A DNA stretch of 64,000 bases from a virus (Duplodnaviria; Caudoviricetes), in the IMG/VR virus record IMGVR_UViG_3300050510_000109, positions 8,452 through 72,451 of that record; one strand, written 5' to 3'. Shown here piece by piece: positions 1 through 9,482 of the stretch. The position numbers were made by a program, and so were the translations under genes. Under the pieces are notes generated by a model that was not told the origin of the DNA, ran no database searches, and worked only from the letters and a program-made list of their open reading frames with translations. How positions within the stretch are numbered: position 1 is the first letter of the stretch; each line of letters begins with the position of its first letter.

Positions 1-513
1 TGATTCCGACCCCGACATCAACCTCGCAACAGGGCGAATCACACGAACAGATTTGTGCTTTCTGTGGTGGAAGGTCATAGCATGACTTGCAAAGTCGATG
101 TCCACAGTCGTCGCAATTTTGATCATCTGCGGCGATGTGACCTTCTTTGTTAAGTGCAGCGCAAGCGCAACACAAGTTGCATAAAGGCATGCCAAGACGA
201 GCAAACTCCATGTCTTTGCAGATGTAGCAATTATCACGGAAGACCTTTGGGGTAGTTTTGAAGTCGTCACTTAATAAGTGACGTGCAGGATCGTGTGGGC
301 CAATGCGAGGTGTCCCGTGCCTACTAGTTGTTGCTAACCATTCATCTATAAGTTCTGGGAATTCGACTACTTTATCTATATTTCCTTTTTCACCGAACCA
401 TGACCCTTTACACCTGCATACATGAGGTACATCTTTGTCGTGTGGGTCTAATATACAACGGCAGGTAACATACATTCCGTGTGATAATACGTATTCAAGG
501 CATTTTTTATCGC

Positions 514-720
514 TCATGATATTTTAACCCAAATTCTATCCCTATTTTTGTGTGGTGCGAGTGTGAGTAAGATATGTGAGAATAACAGTCTTCGCTTGAT
601 GCATTTCCATCTAGCTCCACATTCTTCGCACTCTACTACGGTGCCTAATGGAGAGTTTCCCATGCACCATAATCCGTTTGTGCAGCTATGGAATTGCTTC
701 TCTTCCGCCACTATTCTCAT
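514..720 (-). CDS. hypothetical protein, CxxC motif
   Basis: ORF track; 4-nt overlap with helicase stop; CEECG. Confidence 0.5.
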   Translation of the reverse strand: MRIVAEEKQFHSCTNGLWCMGNSPLGTVVECEECGARWKCIKRRLLFSHILLTLAPHKNRDRIWVKIS

Positions 721-2261
721 AGCTCACCTAGCAACTTCTTAATTACTTGCCAGTCAAGTGCGATATCCAGATTTCGGCTTTCGTCCAGCGCATCTTCGGT
801 GACCACATCGATAACGTGGACAGCGTTCTTTTGTCCGATACGATGTGCGCGGTCAATAGCCTGCTCGTTAAGGGCTTCTGCCCACTCACGATTGAGCAAT
901 ATCACAGTTGATGAGGCAGTCAAAGTCAAACCCTGACCACCGGCCTTAATACTTCCAGCAAATACCTTCAGCTTGCCCGCTTGGAAATCTCTAACCACTT
1001 GGTCACGTTCAGCTTTGGGAACCTTGCCAGTGTAAAGCCCACAGCTAATTCCTAGTTTTTCGCATCGCTTGGCTAGTAGTTCGGCCATCTGGGCAAATTG
1101 ACTGAACACGATTACTGGCTCGTCAGTCTCTTGAATCTTGGCAATTGCTTCGTCAATCTTACAGCTTGGCTCAGACAACTGCACGAATTCGAATGGGTGG
1201 CCAGTACACTTCACAATCTTCAGATCTTCACAGGGACTCTCAAAATCAGGAAGCTCATCATCCTCTTCGATCTCGTAAGCACTAAGCTCATATTCTCGAT
1301 ATAGAGGCAGACACACTTCACAGTTGTTGATGTGTTCCTGTGCGCACTCAGCGCAGTTTCTGCGCTTCTTTGTAGTCTTGATGATTTCAGCGTAAGCCGA
1401 GGCAAACTGCTGAAGCCTGGTGAGCTGAGCGAGGACCACTGGTGCATTGATAGGGTCACTCTCGTGCTCACCTACCCAAGCCAGCATATCTTTCTTCATT
1501 TGCTGATAAGCCTTGGCCTGCTTGGGATGCATCTTGGATGTTATTGTGCTGAAGTACTTGTTCGGCAGATCCTTGACAACGTCTTCTTTCTTGACTCGAC
1601 TGTAGAATCCACCGATAATGCTTTGCAGTTCTTCTTCGTTGTCCACACCAATTATGGTCCGGTACCCATCGTATTCAACCCACTTGATATACCGCTTGAA
1701 GTAGTTCCAATAGCTGGTCCAGTACTTCGGATACAGCCAATTGAGGATCGACCAAAGGTCATCTGGCTTGTTGAATACAGGTGTTCCGGAGAGTCCAGTT
1801 TTATAAAATGCCGATATTTTCTTGACTGCTTTTGTTTGGGAGGATTTTCTGTCTTGCAAGCTATGTACTTCATCACAAACAACATGAAACCATGGATACC
1901 TTGCAACGTCTGGCTCAAGTCTTACGGCTGCGTAATGCATAATGAACACATCGTAACCGACTTCTTGAGCCTTTTGGAATGAGGCATCCATGGCTTCCAT
2001 AAACGGTCGCCTATTTTTGTTGTTAACAGCTATAACGTTCAGATGTGGCGCCCACGCTTTGAAGTGTTGAATCCACGACTCAATAACAGCTAAGGGACAG
2101 ATAATCAGTGTCTTGGCTGGGTTATCAAAATTGGCTCTTCTTTTCTTATCCAGTGCAATTGCGGTAACTGTCTTGCCTGTTCCCATGTCATGGGCAATAA
2201 GCGCACCACGTTTAGGTTCAAGCTTAGTTGCCGTCTGCTCTTGAAAGTCAAACAGTTCCAT
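717..2261 (-). CDS. SNF2-family (SF2) helicase with Cys-rich insertion
   Basis: DMGTGKT (motif I), DEVH (II), SGTP (III), QAIDRAHRIGQ (VI). Confidence 0.92.
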   Translation of the reverse strand: MELFDFQEQTATKLEPKRGALIAHDMGTGKTVTAIALDKKRRANFDNPAKTLIICPLAVIESWIQHFKAWAPHLNVIAVNNKNRRPFMEAMDASFQKAQEVGYDVFIMHYAAVRLEPDVARYPWFHVVCDEVHSLQDRKSSQTKAVKKISAFYKTGLSGTPVFNKPDDLWSILNWLYPKYWTSYWNYFKRYIKWVEYDGYRTIIGVDNEEELQSIIGGFYSRVKKEDVVKDLPNKYFSTITSKMHPKQAKAYQQMKKDMLAWVGEHESDPINAPVVLAQLTRLQQFASAYAEIIKTTKKRRNCAECAQEHINNCEVCLPLYREYELSAYEIEEDDELPDFESPCEDLKIVKCTGHPFEFVQLSEPSCKIDEAIAKIQETDEPVIVFSQFAQMAELLAKRCEKLGISCGLYTGKVPKAERDQVVRDFQAGKLKVFAGSIKAGGQGLTLTASSTVILLNREWAEALNEQAIDRAHRIGQKNAVHVIDVVTEDALDESRNLDIALDWQVIKKLLGEL

Positions 2262-2587
2262 TAGTTATCCAATGATTGTTGGACCAATCTGTCAAGTGAT
2301 GCCCTCGCTCGATCAATTCTTGCACGAGCTACACCACGATCCTCCGGGAAGGATTTCTCACGATGCTTCGTTGGCTCTGGCACAGTTCCATCGGGTCGTA
2401 CCTGAACTATCCAGTCCCTATCGAACTTCTTACAGCGTTGATTAGCACATTTGAAGACATGCAGTTTTCCTTGACGCCTGCTCTCCATCGGCCTCACGCC
2501 CGCTGGCTGGCCCAGCTCACTACATACAGGGCATCTTCGGGCCTGGTCAAAGGTTGTGTCACTCATGCGCTTACCCAATCTTTCCAT
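2261..2587 (-). CDS. hypothetical zinc-ribbon protein
   Basis: CPVC...CANQRC; abuts helicase start. Confidence 0.6.
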   Translation of the reverse strand: MERLGKRMSDTTFDQARRCPVCSELGQPAGVRPMESRRQGKLHVFKCANQRCKKFDRDWIVQVRPDGTVPEPTKHREKSFPEDRGVARARIDRARASLDRLVQQSLDN

Positions 2588-2775
2588 ATCCTTGTGGCAG
2601 CAATCAAAGAATCCTTCATATCTCGATCCTGCGCAAAAGCTTCCACAAGCTTGACAAATGCATCTATCTCAAGACACATTTGACAATCTATTATTGCATC
2701 AGTCCAGCTTTTATCTGACAGGTCTTGACCGCACAACGATTCATTGGGGTCGTCTTCCCATACCCAATGGTTCAT
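2563..2775 (-). CDS. hypothetical protein
   Basis: ORF track, coupled overlaps. Confidence 0.5.
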   Translation of the reverse strand: MNHWVWEDDPNESLCGQDLSDKSWTDAIIDCQMCLEIDAFVKLVEAFAQDRDMKDSLIAATRIWKDWVSA

Positions 2776-3065
2776 TTTGCATCTTCATTTGTGTCAAAGC
2801 CAAACTTCTGCCACTTCTCGTACAGACGTTGGCGAGATAGCCCGACCATACGAGCGATTACTACGGTTGATAATAGTGGTCGGCAACGCCACAGGAAAGA
2901 AAGCATCCTGCGATCATAGTCCTCTAGTGTTTCTCTGTGAGACTCTTTGAGAACTTTTCTTCCCTCGACCATTGAGGAGATGACAGACTTTAGCTCCTGT
3001 GCATTGCTGCTTAATCTGTCGAAGATCTCTTCTTCTACTCTAGTTTCCTGGTTGCTGGTTATCAT
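2772..3065 (-). CDS. putative HTH DNA-binding protein
   Basis: C-terminal STVVIARMVGLSRQRLYEKW resembles an HTH. Confidence 0.6.
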   Translation of the reverse strand: MITSNQETRVEEEIFDRLSSNAQELKSVISSMVEGRKVLKESHRETLEDYDRRMLSFLWRCRPLLSTVVIARMVGLSRQRLYEKWQKFGFDTNEDAK

Positions 3066-3303
3066 GAATTTCCAAAACGTTTAAGACATCGGGACGGTAG
3101 AACCGGTGATGCCCGCCTGGCGTCTTGAACGACCTAACCTTACTGAATTGTAGATTTCCCTCAAGCCAGCGGTTCACCGTTCGAGACTTTACTTTGAACA
3201 GGTCTGCTACTTCTTTGGGTGTCATCCATTCATCAGGATTAAAGGCATCAATTAATGGCACTTTTTCATCGTACAGTTTCTCTTCAAAAGTTGGTGCGCT
3301 CAC
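3040..3303 (-). CDS. BldC/Xis-like MerR-type winged HTH protein
   Basis: WMTPKEVADLFKVKSRTVNRW...KTPGGHHRFYRPDV parallels recalled BldC (LLTPAEVATMFRVDPKTVTRW...RTLGGHRRYREAEV). Confidence 0.8.
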   Translation of the reverse strand: MSAPTFEEKLYDEKVPLIDAFNPDEWMTPKEVADLFKVKSRTVNRWLEGNLQFSKVRSFKTPGGHHRFYRPDVLNVLEIHDNQQPGN

Positions 3304-3467
3304 TTTTTCTCCTCTTGATAAAAGATAGCAGAAGGTTATTCGCGGCTGCTAGCTTTAGGGAAAATCGGACAAAAAACCCAAAGCGAGCCGAAGAACAGAA
3401 ACGTTGGCTGATTTCTGCGTTGCCATGAGCGTGGCAACAGTTCCCTTCTGCTACGCCTATAAACAAC

Positions 3468-3500
3468 TTAGGCGTGAGAGCTAATGCCCTCACGCCTAAG
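3468..3500. terminator. 11-bp stem hairpin, possible terminator
   Basis: ttaggcgtgag / ctcacgcctaa inverted repeat, intergenic. Confidence 0.45.
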
Positions 3501-3524
3501 TCTAGCGCGGTCCTTACACTGGTG

Positions 3525-3773
3525 TCAAGCCTCGACCGATTGACGATCGCCTATGCTGCTTGGGGCTTTGATCACAAATGTCCAGTCTTCCGCAAATGAA
3601 TTGTCTGGTAAAACCACTTTCGGTTTTGGTTTCTCTTCTACCTTAGGTGGCTTGTAGGTGAAAGCCTTAACTATAAAGTAGATTGAGAGTACTATGATCC
3701 ATAGTGGAATCAGAAGTCCACATGTTGCTACTGAGGATATGATTGCCACGAAGACCAATTTTCTATCATCCAT
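3525..3773 (-). CDS. small membrane protein
   Basis: N-terminal hydrophobic helix. Confidence 0.6.
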   Translation of the reverse strand: MDDRKLVFVAIISSVATCGLLIPLWIIVLSIYFIVKAFTYKPPKVEEKPKPKVVLPDNSFAEDWTFVIKAPSSIGDRQSVEA

Positions 3774-3789
3774 GGCAAGCTCCTGTATG

Positions 3790-4056
3790 CTAAGGGATTA
3801 TCTTCCAGGGCCAGTTGCCATGACGCAAGCCGTCCGAGATGGAGTTGCACAGCATAATGACTACATCTCGGTTGGTTGCGCCTTCCAGTACCATGTTATT
3901 TACCAACTTGGCGCAGAGTCCTTGCTCTTTGTAGCTTGGAGCGTAACTCTGCAAAACGGCGAGTAGCTTGAGATAATTTTGCCTGTGGTCTCGCTCGGCG
4001 TTGATGCTATCAATCATCTGTGACGGTTCCCTTCTTGGGGATTTCAAAGTTACCAT
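3790..4056 (-). CDS. hypothetical protein
   Basis: ORF track; start may be downstream (MIDSIN). Confidence 0.55.
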   Translation of the reverse strand: MVTLKSPRREPSQMIDSINAERDHRQNYLKLLAVLQSYAPSYKEQGLCAKLVNNMVLEGATNRDVVIMLCNSISDGLRHGNWPWKIIP

Positions 4057-4300
4057 CTTCAGATTTGAAGACTTCTACATAAGTAGAGTCTTCCGTGAGT
4101 GCATAGAACCTCAGACAGTCGCATTGAATAACAGAGTTGGTACCTAAAATATATGCCGAATGTTTAACTATAAGTTCCACAGTTGGGAGGCACTGTGTCT
4201 CATAGTCATCGTGTCCTATTTTACAAACGGCTCCCATTTTCATCCTTTCATTGAAGAAAGGGTACGTGCACCTATGGGCGTATGAACCAGATATTTCCAA
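4010..4300 (-). CDS. hypothetical protein
   Basis: ORF track. Confidence 0.45.
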   Translation of the reverse strand: MEISGSYAHRCTYPFFNERMKMGAVCKIGHDDYETQCLPTVELIVKHSAYILGTNSVIQCDCLRFYALTEDSTYVEVFKSEDGNFEIPKKGTVTDD

Positions 4301-4321
4301 AAGTAAAACGTACCCTTTCAG

Positions 4322-4395
4322 TCTCCAGGATGGGATTCGAACCCATACGTTTACCCGTTTTAAGTGGGTCTCCTCTGCCGTTGGGATACCTGGAG
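4322..4395 (-). tRNA. tRNA-Leu(TAA), short variable region
   Basis: acceptor CTCCAGG/CCTGGAG; loop CTTAAAA; T-loop TTCGAAT. Confidence 0.85.
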
Positions 4396-4723
4396 GAAAG
4401 GACCTTGGCCCGCTAATAATCGCACAAAGCCTGTGATCTGTGTAATTCGATTACTATCCGGCGCGGGGCAAGGTCCATATTCTAGATCGGGGGATATCGG
4501 AACTACCCAAGGCGCCCGATCAAGTCTTGAATTATGAGATATGCAGTTGGTGGTCCAAATATCCAAGTCACTGCCCACAGAGGGCAGCTACCCTTCTTTT
4601 TGTGTACTGTTCTACCTGGCGGAGGGTTTCTGACTCTGTTGTTTCCGCCACTTCCTGCCCTGCCTGATCCACGCCCAGATGAACTATAGCGCGGATTGCT
4701 TGGCATTTTTGGCAATGTATTCC

Positions 4724-5359
4724 TTAATTTAGTAGTGCAGTATCGAGGACTGTATAGGAACCACGAGAGATCCAAACATATCCGTCGTTATTGCTGTCGT
4801 CAATCTTGAACATGGTGCTCTTGTCCACGTCGGTGGCGAAGCCAGTCACGTGGTTGCTAGCAAAAGCTAGAATTGGATTGTTGTTCTGATCGCAAATCTG
4901 AGCAACTCTAGCAGTACCGACGAACTTATCCTTCACGCTGCGCCAAAGGAAGTTAACCAATGGAACGCCACGATCGTTGTTCTTAATCCGAAGGTTGTAG
5001 AACTGCTGTGAATTTGCCATCAGGTTGTCCATGGCACCATCTGTGATGTAAACCGAAGTGAATCCTACGGTTGAGAAAAGGTTATCTCCACAGGAGACCT
5101 TAACCACAGATGAATCTTCGATCTTCTTGCCTTCGGCATCATGCCGATCATATTCCGTGTCGCGGGCGAAGTCAAGACTTCTACAACGCGCCTGAAATAC
5201 GACTTGTCCGTCAGCACCATAATTGTAGAAGGTGCCTGGCGTTGATCCCAACACCCGCATGATGTCGTCGATTTCCTTCTCGCAAGCACTGGCCATAGTT
5301 AGCGGCAAGGCCGAGACAAGAAATGCAGCAAACAAGAGTTTCTTAATGCCCGTTTTCAT
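4724..5359 (-). CDS. putative secreted protein/lipoprotein
   Basis: basic N-terminus, hydrophobic stretch, ASAC lipobox-like motif. Confidence 0.65.
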   Translation of the reverse strand: MKTGIKKLLFAAFLVSALPLTMASACEKEIDDIMRVLGSTPGTFYNYGADGQVVFQARCRSLDFARDTEYDRHDAEGKKIEDSSVVKVSCGDNLFSTVGFTSVYITDGAMDNLMANSQQFYNLRIKNNDRGVPLVNFLWRSVKDKFVGTARVAQICDQNNNPILAFASNHVTGFATDVDKSTMFKIDDSNNDGYVWISRGSYTVLDTALLN

Positions 5360-5395
5360 TCGTCCTCTTTAGGTTTTATTTCTTGTTTTATTGCG

Positions 5396-5467
5396 TGCCC
5401 CCGGCAGGACTCGAACCCGCGTCTATGCGTTAAAAGCGCACAGCTAAACCATCTCAGCTACGGAGGC
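5396..5467 (-). tRNA. tRNA-Lys(TTT)
   Basis: GCCTCCG/CGGGGGC; GTGCG-CTTTTAA-CGCAT; TTCGAGT. Confidence 0.92.
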
Positions 5468-5477
5468 ATCTATTAAG

Positions 5478-6494
5478 TTATAGTGTCCAGAGGAACTTTG
5501 TGTCCTTCAGCAACTTGCGATTGACCGAAGTTGACTGGATGAAGATTGTGTAATCCGGATTGAAGTTTGCTTTGACTCGGACCTCCACATCCGGTGGCAA
5601 GCCAATCAAGTCGCGCGCCTCACGTCCAAGATAAATCTTACCAGTCTTGTCTTCCATCACAGCGACAAGCTTCTGTGGCTGGATGCTTACTGTGTTAGTG
5701 AGTTGGTAGTAGCCACGACCAAGAATGTAGGTCAAGCCGTGATCTTCCACAAACTCGCGGATCTGACAATCGTCTTCCACATCAAACAGTCTGTATTGCT
5801 TCTTCAGCAGCGGCTTGACACCCATGGCAGTGACAGTTTTCTTGTTCACTGCATCAGTGCCGGTGGAGAACAGTTGCCGTGTTCCACGAACGCCCTGTGA
5901 CCTGCTGGTCATATAGGCATCAGTGGTCCGTCGGATCGTCTCGCCAACCTCAGTAATTCCAGATTCTGAATTGACATTCCAGACCATGATGTTACCTGGC
6001 CTGAAACCCCACTTCTTGGCTTCATGCATAGCTGGAATATCAGGAACGAAAACTCCTACTGTCCAGTGATCTGGCTGGTTGTTGAGCAAATTAGCCAACT
6101 CACTTGGCCGATGCCTGGACATGTTCTCTTGACCATCGGTGAAGATGTAGGTCAAGAATGAGTGATCTCCATAAATCTCAGGGGTCAATGCAAGATCCTG
6201 CTGAGATTTAATGGTTGCATCAATCAGTGCAGTCATGCCACTTGTGCGATAAAACTGGGAAATCGACGGGAGTCGCAAAACATCCTTGTCGTATACGACG
6301 CACTTGACCGTGTCCGAAAAGACGTAGATTGTGACCCGCGTTTCTTGGTCTAGTTCTTGCGACCTTCGTGCTAGATGCTTGACTTGATCGTCAACTACCT
6401 TGATAACTTCACTAGCCCTATGACGCATCGAGTCGCTTTTGTCGATAACAAATACAATGTGATTTACGTAATTAGGGATACTGTCATTCATCAT
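5478..6494 (-). CDS. von Willebrand factor A domain protein
   Basis: IVFVIDKSDSM (DxSxS MIDAS), TALIDA, IFTDGQEN. Confidence 0.88.
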   Translation of the reverse strand: MMNDSIPNYVNHIVFVIDKSDSMRHRASEVIKVVDDQVKHLARRSQELDQETRVTIYVFSDTVKCVVYDKDVLRLPSISQFYRTSGMTALIDATIKSQQDLALTPEIYGDHSFLTYIFTDGQENMSRHRPSELANLLNNQPDHWTVGVFVPDIPAMHEAKKWGFRPGNIMVWNVNSESGITEVGETIRRTTDAYMTSRSQGVRGTRQLFSTGTDAVNKKTVTAMGVKPLLKKQYRLFDVEDDCQIREFVEDHGLTYILGRGYYQLTNTVSIQPQKLVAVMEDKTGKIYLGREARDLIGLPPDVEVRVKANFNPDYTIFIQSTSVNRKLLKDTKFLWTL

Positions 6495-6519
6495 ATTCCT
6501 TAGGGATTATTTCAATGCG

Positions 6520-6592
6520 CACCCTCAGTAGGATTCGAACCTACAACATACGGGGTAGAAACCCGCTGCTCTGTCCATTGAGCTATGAGGGT
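6520..6592 (-). tRNA. tRNA-Arg(TCT)
   Basis: ACCCTCA/TGAGGGT; GCGGG-TTTCTAC-CCCGT; TTCGAAT. Confidence 0.9.
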
Positions 6593-6688
6593 TTATGTGT
6601 GACCTCAGCCCCTAGTCACTGCGTCCGGCACGATCTTGCACTCTTTCTGCATGGCTTCCATTGCCCGGATTCACGCCCGCCTGTTATT

Positions 6689-6835
6689 TTACTCGTCGTC
6701 TTTTTCCCAGTCCTCCGAGTCATCACCCTCAAAGGTGAAATCGGCGAGATCGTCTTCTTCTTCGGGAGTGGGAGTCGTGATGGCACCTTGGTCACCAACG
6801 ACATTTTCGACAGTGGGGATCGTGTCATCCTGCAT
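6689..6835 (-). CDS. 48-aa highly acidic peptide (below ORF-track cutoff)
   Basis: AGAAAGG RBS then MQDDTIPTVENVVGDQGAITTPTPEEEDDLADFTFEGDDSEDWEKDDE. Confidence 0.6.
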   Translation of the reverse strand: MQDDTIPTVENVVGDQGAITTPTPEEEDDLADFTFEGDDSEDWEKDDE

Positions 6836-6865
6836 GGGGTTTCCCTTTCTAATGGGCTTTTGACG

Positions 6866-6939
6866 TGACCCTAGTAGGACTTGAACCTACGACCTTCGGA
6901 TTATGAGTCCGCCGCTCTGACCGGCTGAGCTATAGGGTC
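6866..6939 (-). tRNA. tRNA with CAT anticodon (Ile2-like or elongator Met)
   Basis: GACCCTA/TAGGGTC; GCGGA-CTCATAA-TCCGA; T-loop TTCAAGT. Confidence 0.85.
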
Positions 6940-7125
6940 CTATTTAGATCCCCAATTAGGATCATAAAAGTACTCGTAATAGGTTGTCAAGGCAGACTCC
7001 TCTTGCGGAGGTGGCTTTGTAGGTGGTCCGGCTATCTTGCAACCGCACCAAGTACAGAAGCCATCTCTATTCGGAACATTATGTTGTCCGAAAGCGCTAC
7101 CAGCACAAGTCTTCCATACACTCAT
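6940..7125 (-). CDS. hypothetical protein, Cys/His motif
   Basis: ORF track; C...H...CTWCGC. Confidence 0.55.
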   Translation of the reverse strand: MSVWKTCAGSAFGQHNVPNRDGFCTWCGCKIAGPPTKPPPQEESALTTYYEYFYDPNWGSK

Positions 7126-7502
7126 CGTGGATATCTACGAGATGGCGTAGGAGATGGTGCCGAAGGTGAAGGGTGAACATTTCCACTAGGAAGTGGATGT
7201 GCTCCTCCACCTCCGCCCCCCACAGTTTCATTGGAAGCTGAAGGAGTTGGTGTGGGATTCGGCTCTGGTGTAGGTGTTGCCGTTGGTTCAGGCTCTGGAG
7301 TGGGAGTCGGCGTCGGCTCATCCACCAGAATCTGGAAACCAAATGGTTGTTCGTGGACAGTGCTGTTACTAACGACAACGTTAGGAGTTTCATTGGTTGA
7401 GTTGTCGCTAACTACAGCAAGTCCACCAGCCGTGAAGGCGCTCGCGCCCAAAACTGCCAGAGCAGCCACGACAGGTGGACTAAGTACATCTTTGAGCTTC
7501 AT
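7122..7502 (-). CDS. membrane-anchored Pro/Thr-rich protein
   Basis: N-terminal TM/signal, (PT/PE)n linker. Confidence 0.65.
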   Translation of the reverse strand: MKLKDVLSPPVVAALAVLGASAFTAGGLAVVSDNSTNETPNVVVSNSTVHEQPFGFQILVDEPTPTPTPEPEPTATPTPEPNPTPTPSASNETVGGGGGGAHPLPSGNVHPSPSAPSPTPSRRYPR

Positions 7503-7521
7503 TTCTACTTCCTAAATTTAT

Positions 7522-7599
7522 GATGGAATAGGATGTTCACCCAAGCCGCATAACTCGCCGATCCGGAGTTCTCCTCCGACTTCTATTTCCTATTCCATC
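7522..7599. ncRNA. putative structured RNA closed by a 12-bp stem, downstream of Ro60
   Basis: gatggaatagga / tcctattccatc. Confidence 0.35.
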
Positions 7600-7643
7600 C
7601 CGGTATATTGACCGCGATCAAATCAATATACCCTCAGTAACGC

Positions 7644-9260
7644 TTAGATCTTTCCCTTACTAAACTCAGCAATGAGCTTAGGCAGGTTTGCGTCAGCTCC
7701 AACAACATCCAACATGCCCGAGTCGTTCGGGTCGGCAATGGTGAAGTTGCTCGCAGTTACACCAACCACCACAAGACGAGATGGGATTCCCATTGCCTTG
7801 CGGTATTTCTGAAGGGCAACGTGCGGGTGGACCTGACCAGACCACGTTTCGTTATCGGTGATGACGACGAACGTGTCGATTTCTATGCCTCGACTGTGCG
7901 CCCAAGTCATTGGCAACGAGCAGTCTGTAGAACCAAAGTTCTGGTCCTGTACTTTGCTCATTACCGACATGAGATCCATGTTTGCATGGATTCCCAGATC
8001 CTTGAACGTGTGGGCAAAGCCCATGATGTGATGGTAAGGCTCAGTCTTGGCGATAGCCGTAGCCATAACACCAGAGACCTGAGCTGCCGTCAAATCAAGA
8101 CCCATGCCAATTGCGCCGGACATGGAACCCGAAACGTCCAACGCCAGCAGAGTGCGCTTGTTGGTTGGCTCAATGTGCTTGAACGCCAAATGAACCCCGG
8201 CATCAAGTGCACTGAGAATTTGTGGTGAGGAGACCCAATCCTTGGCGTTTCTGGCCCAAGGATTGTTGCGGTCTCGCTGTCCTTCCGTGTGAACAACCAA
8301 AGCGTTGAGGTAATTGAGAGGGTGAAGGCGCGTGCGCGCAATCATCTCCTCGTTCGTCAAGGCATTGGCGTAATCCGTGGCGAACACCAGGGAGTCAAAG
8401 GCTTTGAGCCTTGCCAACCGGGTGATGTTTCGCACCAGAGCCTGACCCTTAAGCTGTCCCGTGTAGAAAAGCTTTTGCCAAACTTCTGGGTTCTTGTGGA
8501 ACTTGGTCGGCAAAGCCTCCCAAGGCAGTTTGGTGCGCTCCAGGATTTGAAGAACATCATGGACATTATCGGACTTTTGAACTTCCTCAAATGCTTGGAT
8601 GACTTCTGGAAGCTGACCAATGTCTCCGTCGTACTTACCAAGAATCCACTTGGCCACGTCGTCATAAAGATCCGTGTAGAACTTCGGACGAGACTGACGT
8701 AGTGAATCTCGGTGAGTCCAACCTTCACGTTGGCGGTACTTCACTGCCTGATAAGCAATGTCCTCCGGCGTCTTGTCCTGGTACCAAGAGGCAATTGCCT
8801 TGTTGCGCGAGCTTCCCAAGCCTGATCCAGGAGCGAGCGCCTTTAGGAAGGACTCGAACTGGAAAAGGTGAGTTGCCGTACGAACAATGCGGTTCACTTG
8901 CGAACGCGCGTAAACCTTGGCTTCCTCGTTTCCTACAGTCATAACGAAAGCCAGAACGAAAATGGCTGCATCGTTACGGTAAGAACGACCTTCGTCTGAG
9001 ATTTGTGCAGCCAAATCGACAACAGCCTTTGGCTGAGTTGCCGTCAAGCTACGTAGGTTGTCCAGATTTTGCTTGGTCAAGTCCTTCTGGCCGATGTAGT
9101 ACGTCCCACCCTCGGAACCAAGGATAAGGAATCGTGCCAGCCGATCCATGGAAGAGACCTGGAACGAAAAACCTCCGGCAGAGTTAGCGATTTGCAATTG
9201 GCTCTCTGGCTCATTCTGTGGAATGTCTCTCGTCGCATGCATTCGTAGGTAGTTGCTCAC
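7644..9260 (-). CDS. rsr: Ro60/TROVE-domain RNA-binding protein (Rsr ortholog)
   Basis: NSAGGFSF...RLARFLILGSEGGTYY, KYRQREGWTHRDSLR, LPWEALP, ALVRNITRL, C-terminal vWA LALDVSGSM...VITDNET...IADPNDSGMLDVVGAD; GTG start with GAGG RBS. Confidence 0.95.
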   Translation of the reverse strand: MSNYLRMHATRDIPQNEPESQLQIANSAGGFSFQVSSMDRLARFLILGSEGGTYYIGQKDLTKQNLDNLRSLTATQPKAVVDLAAQISDEGRSYRNDAAIFVLAFVMTVGNEEAKVYARSQVNRIVRTATHLFQFESFLKALAPGSGLGSSRNKAIASWYQDKTPEDIAYQAVKYRQREGWTHRDSLRQSRPKFYTDLYDDVAKWILGKYDGDIGQLPEVIQAFEEVQKSDNVHDVLQILERTKLPWEALPTKFHKNPEVWQKLFYTGQLKGQALVRNITRLARLKAFDSLVFATDYANALTNEEMIARTRLHPLNYLNALVVHTEGQRDRNNPWARNAKDWVSSPQILSALDAGVHLAFKHIEPTNKRTLLALDVSGSMSGAIGMGLDLTAAQVSGVMATAIAKTEPYHHIMGFAHTFKDLGIHANMDLMSVMSKVQDQNFGSTDCSLPMTWAHSRGIEIDTFVVITDNETWSGQVHPHVALQKYRKAMGIPSRLVVVGVTASNFTIADPNDSGMLDVVGADANLPKLIAEFSKGKI

Positions 9261-9297
9261 TTTTTCCTCTTTCAGTCACTTTTCAGTAACAAGGATG

Positions 9298-9382
9298 TGG
9301 TAGTTTGATTATAGCCACCAGATTCGGCAAACCCCCATGCCTTACTGGGCGCTGACGACTTACACTATCCGACAAACTACCA
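9298..9382. ncRNA. putative structured RNA closed by a 10-bp stem
   Basis: tggtagtttg / caaactacca. Confidence 0.35.
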
Positions 9383-9389
9383 AAACGGG

Positions 9390-9465
9390 TCGCTGCCAGG
9401 GCAGGAATCGAACCTGCTGCTTCCATACCGTCCTGGACTGCGCAGTCAAGCAGGACATCCTGGCA
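9390..9465 (-). ncRNA. tRNA-like RNA (acceptor + T arm; one long hairpin replaces D/anticodon arms)
   Basis: TGCCAGG/CCTGGCA; GCAGG-TTCGATT-CCTGC; GTCCTG...CAGGAC. Confidence 0.6.
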
Positions 9466-9482
9466 ATGTTCTTTTAATTTTC

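Noticed and set aside
1-270. Cys-rich minus-strand frame running off the left edge
   Set aside because: It looks coding (several CxxC), but the start is ambiguous and the ORF is truncated, so it was not annotated.
717-2261. Intein in the helicase or polymerase
   Set aside because: No Cys/Ser...His-Asn splice junctions or LAGLIDADG motifs.
3040-3303. Excisionase marking an integration cassette
   Set aside because: No tyrosine or serine integrase or att-like duplication is seen in the window, and the sequence is closer to the recalled BldC pattern.
7122-7502. Pro/Thr repeats as a novel DNA repeat
   Set aside because: Ordinary low-complexity linker of a surface protein.
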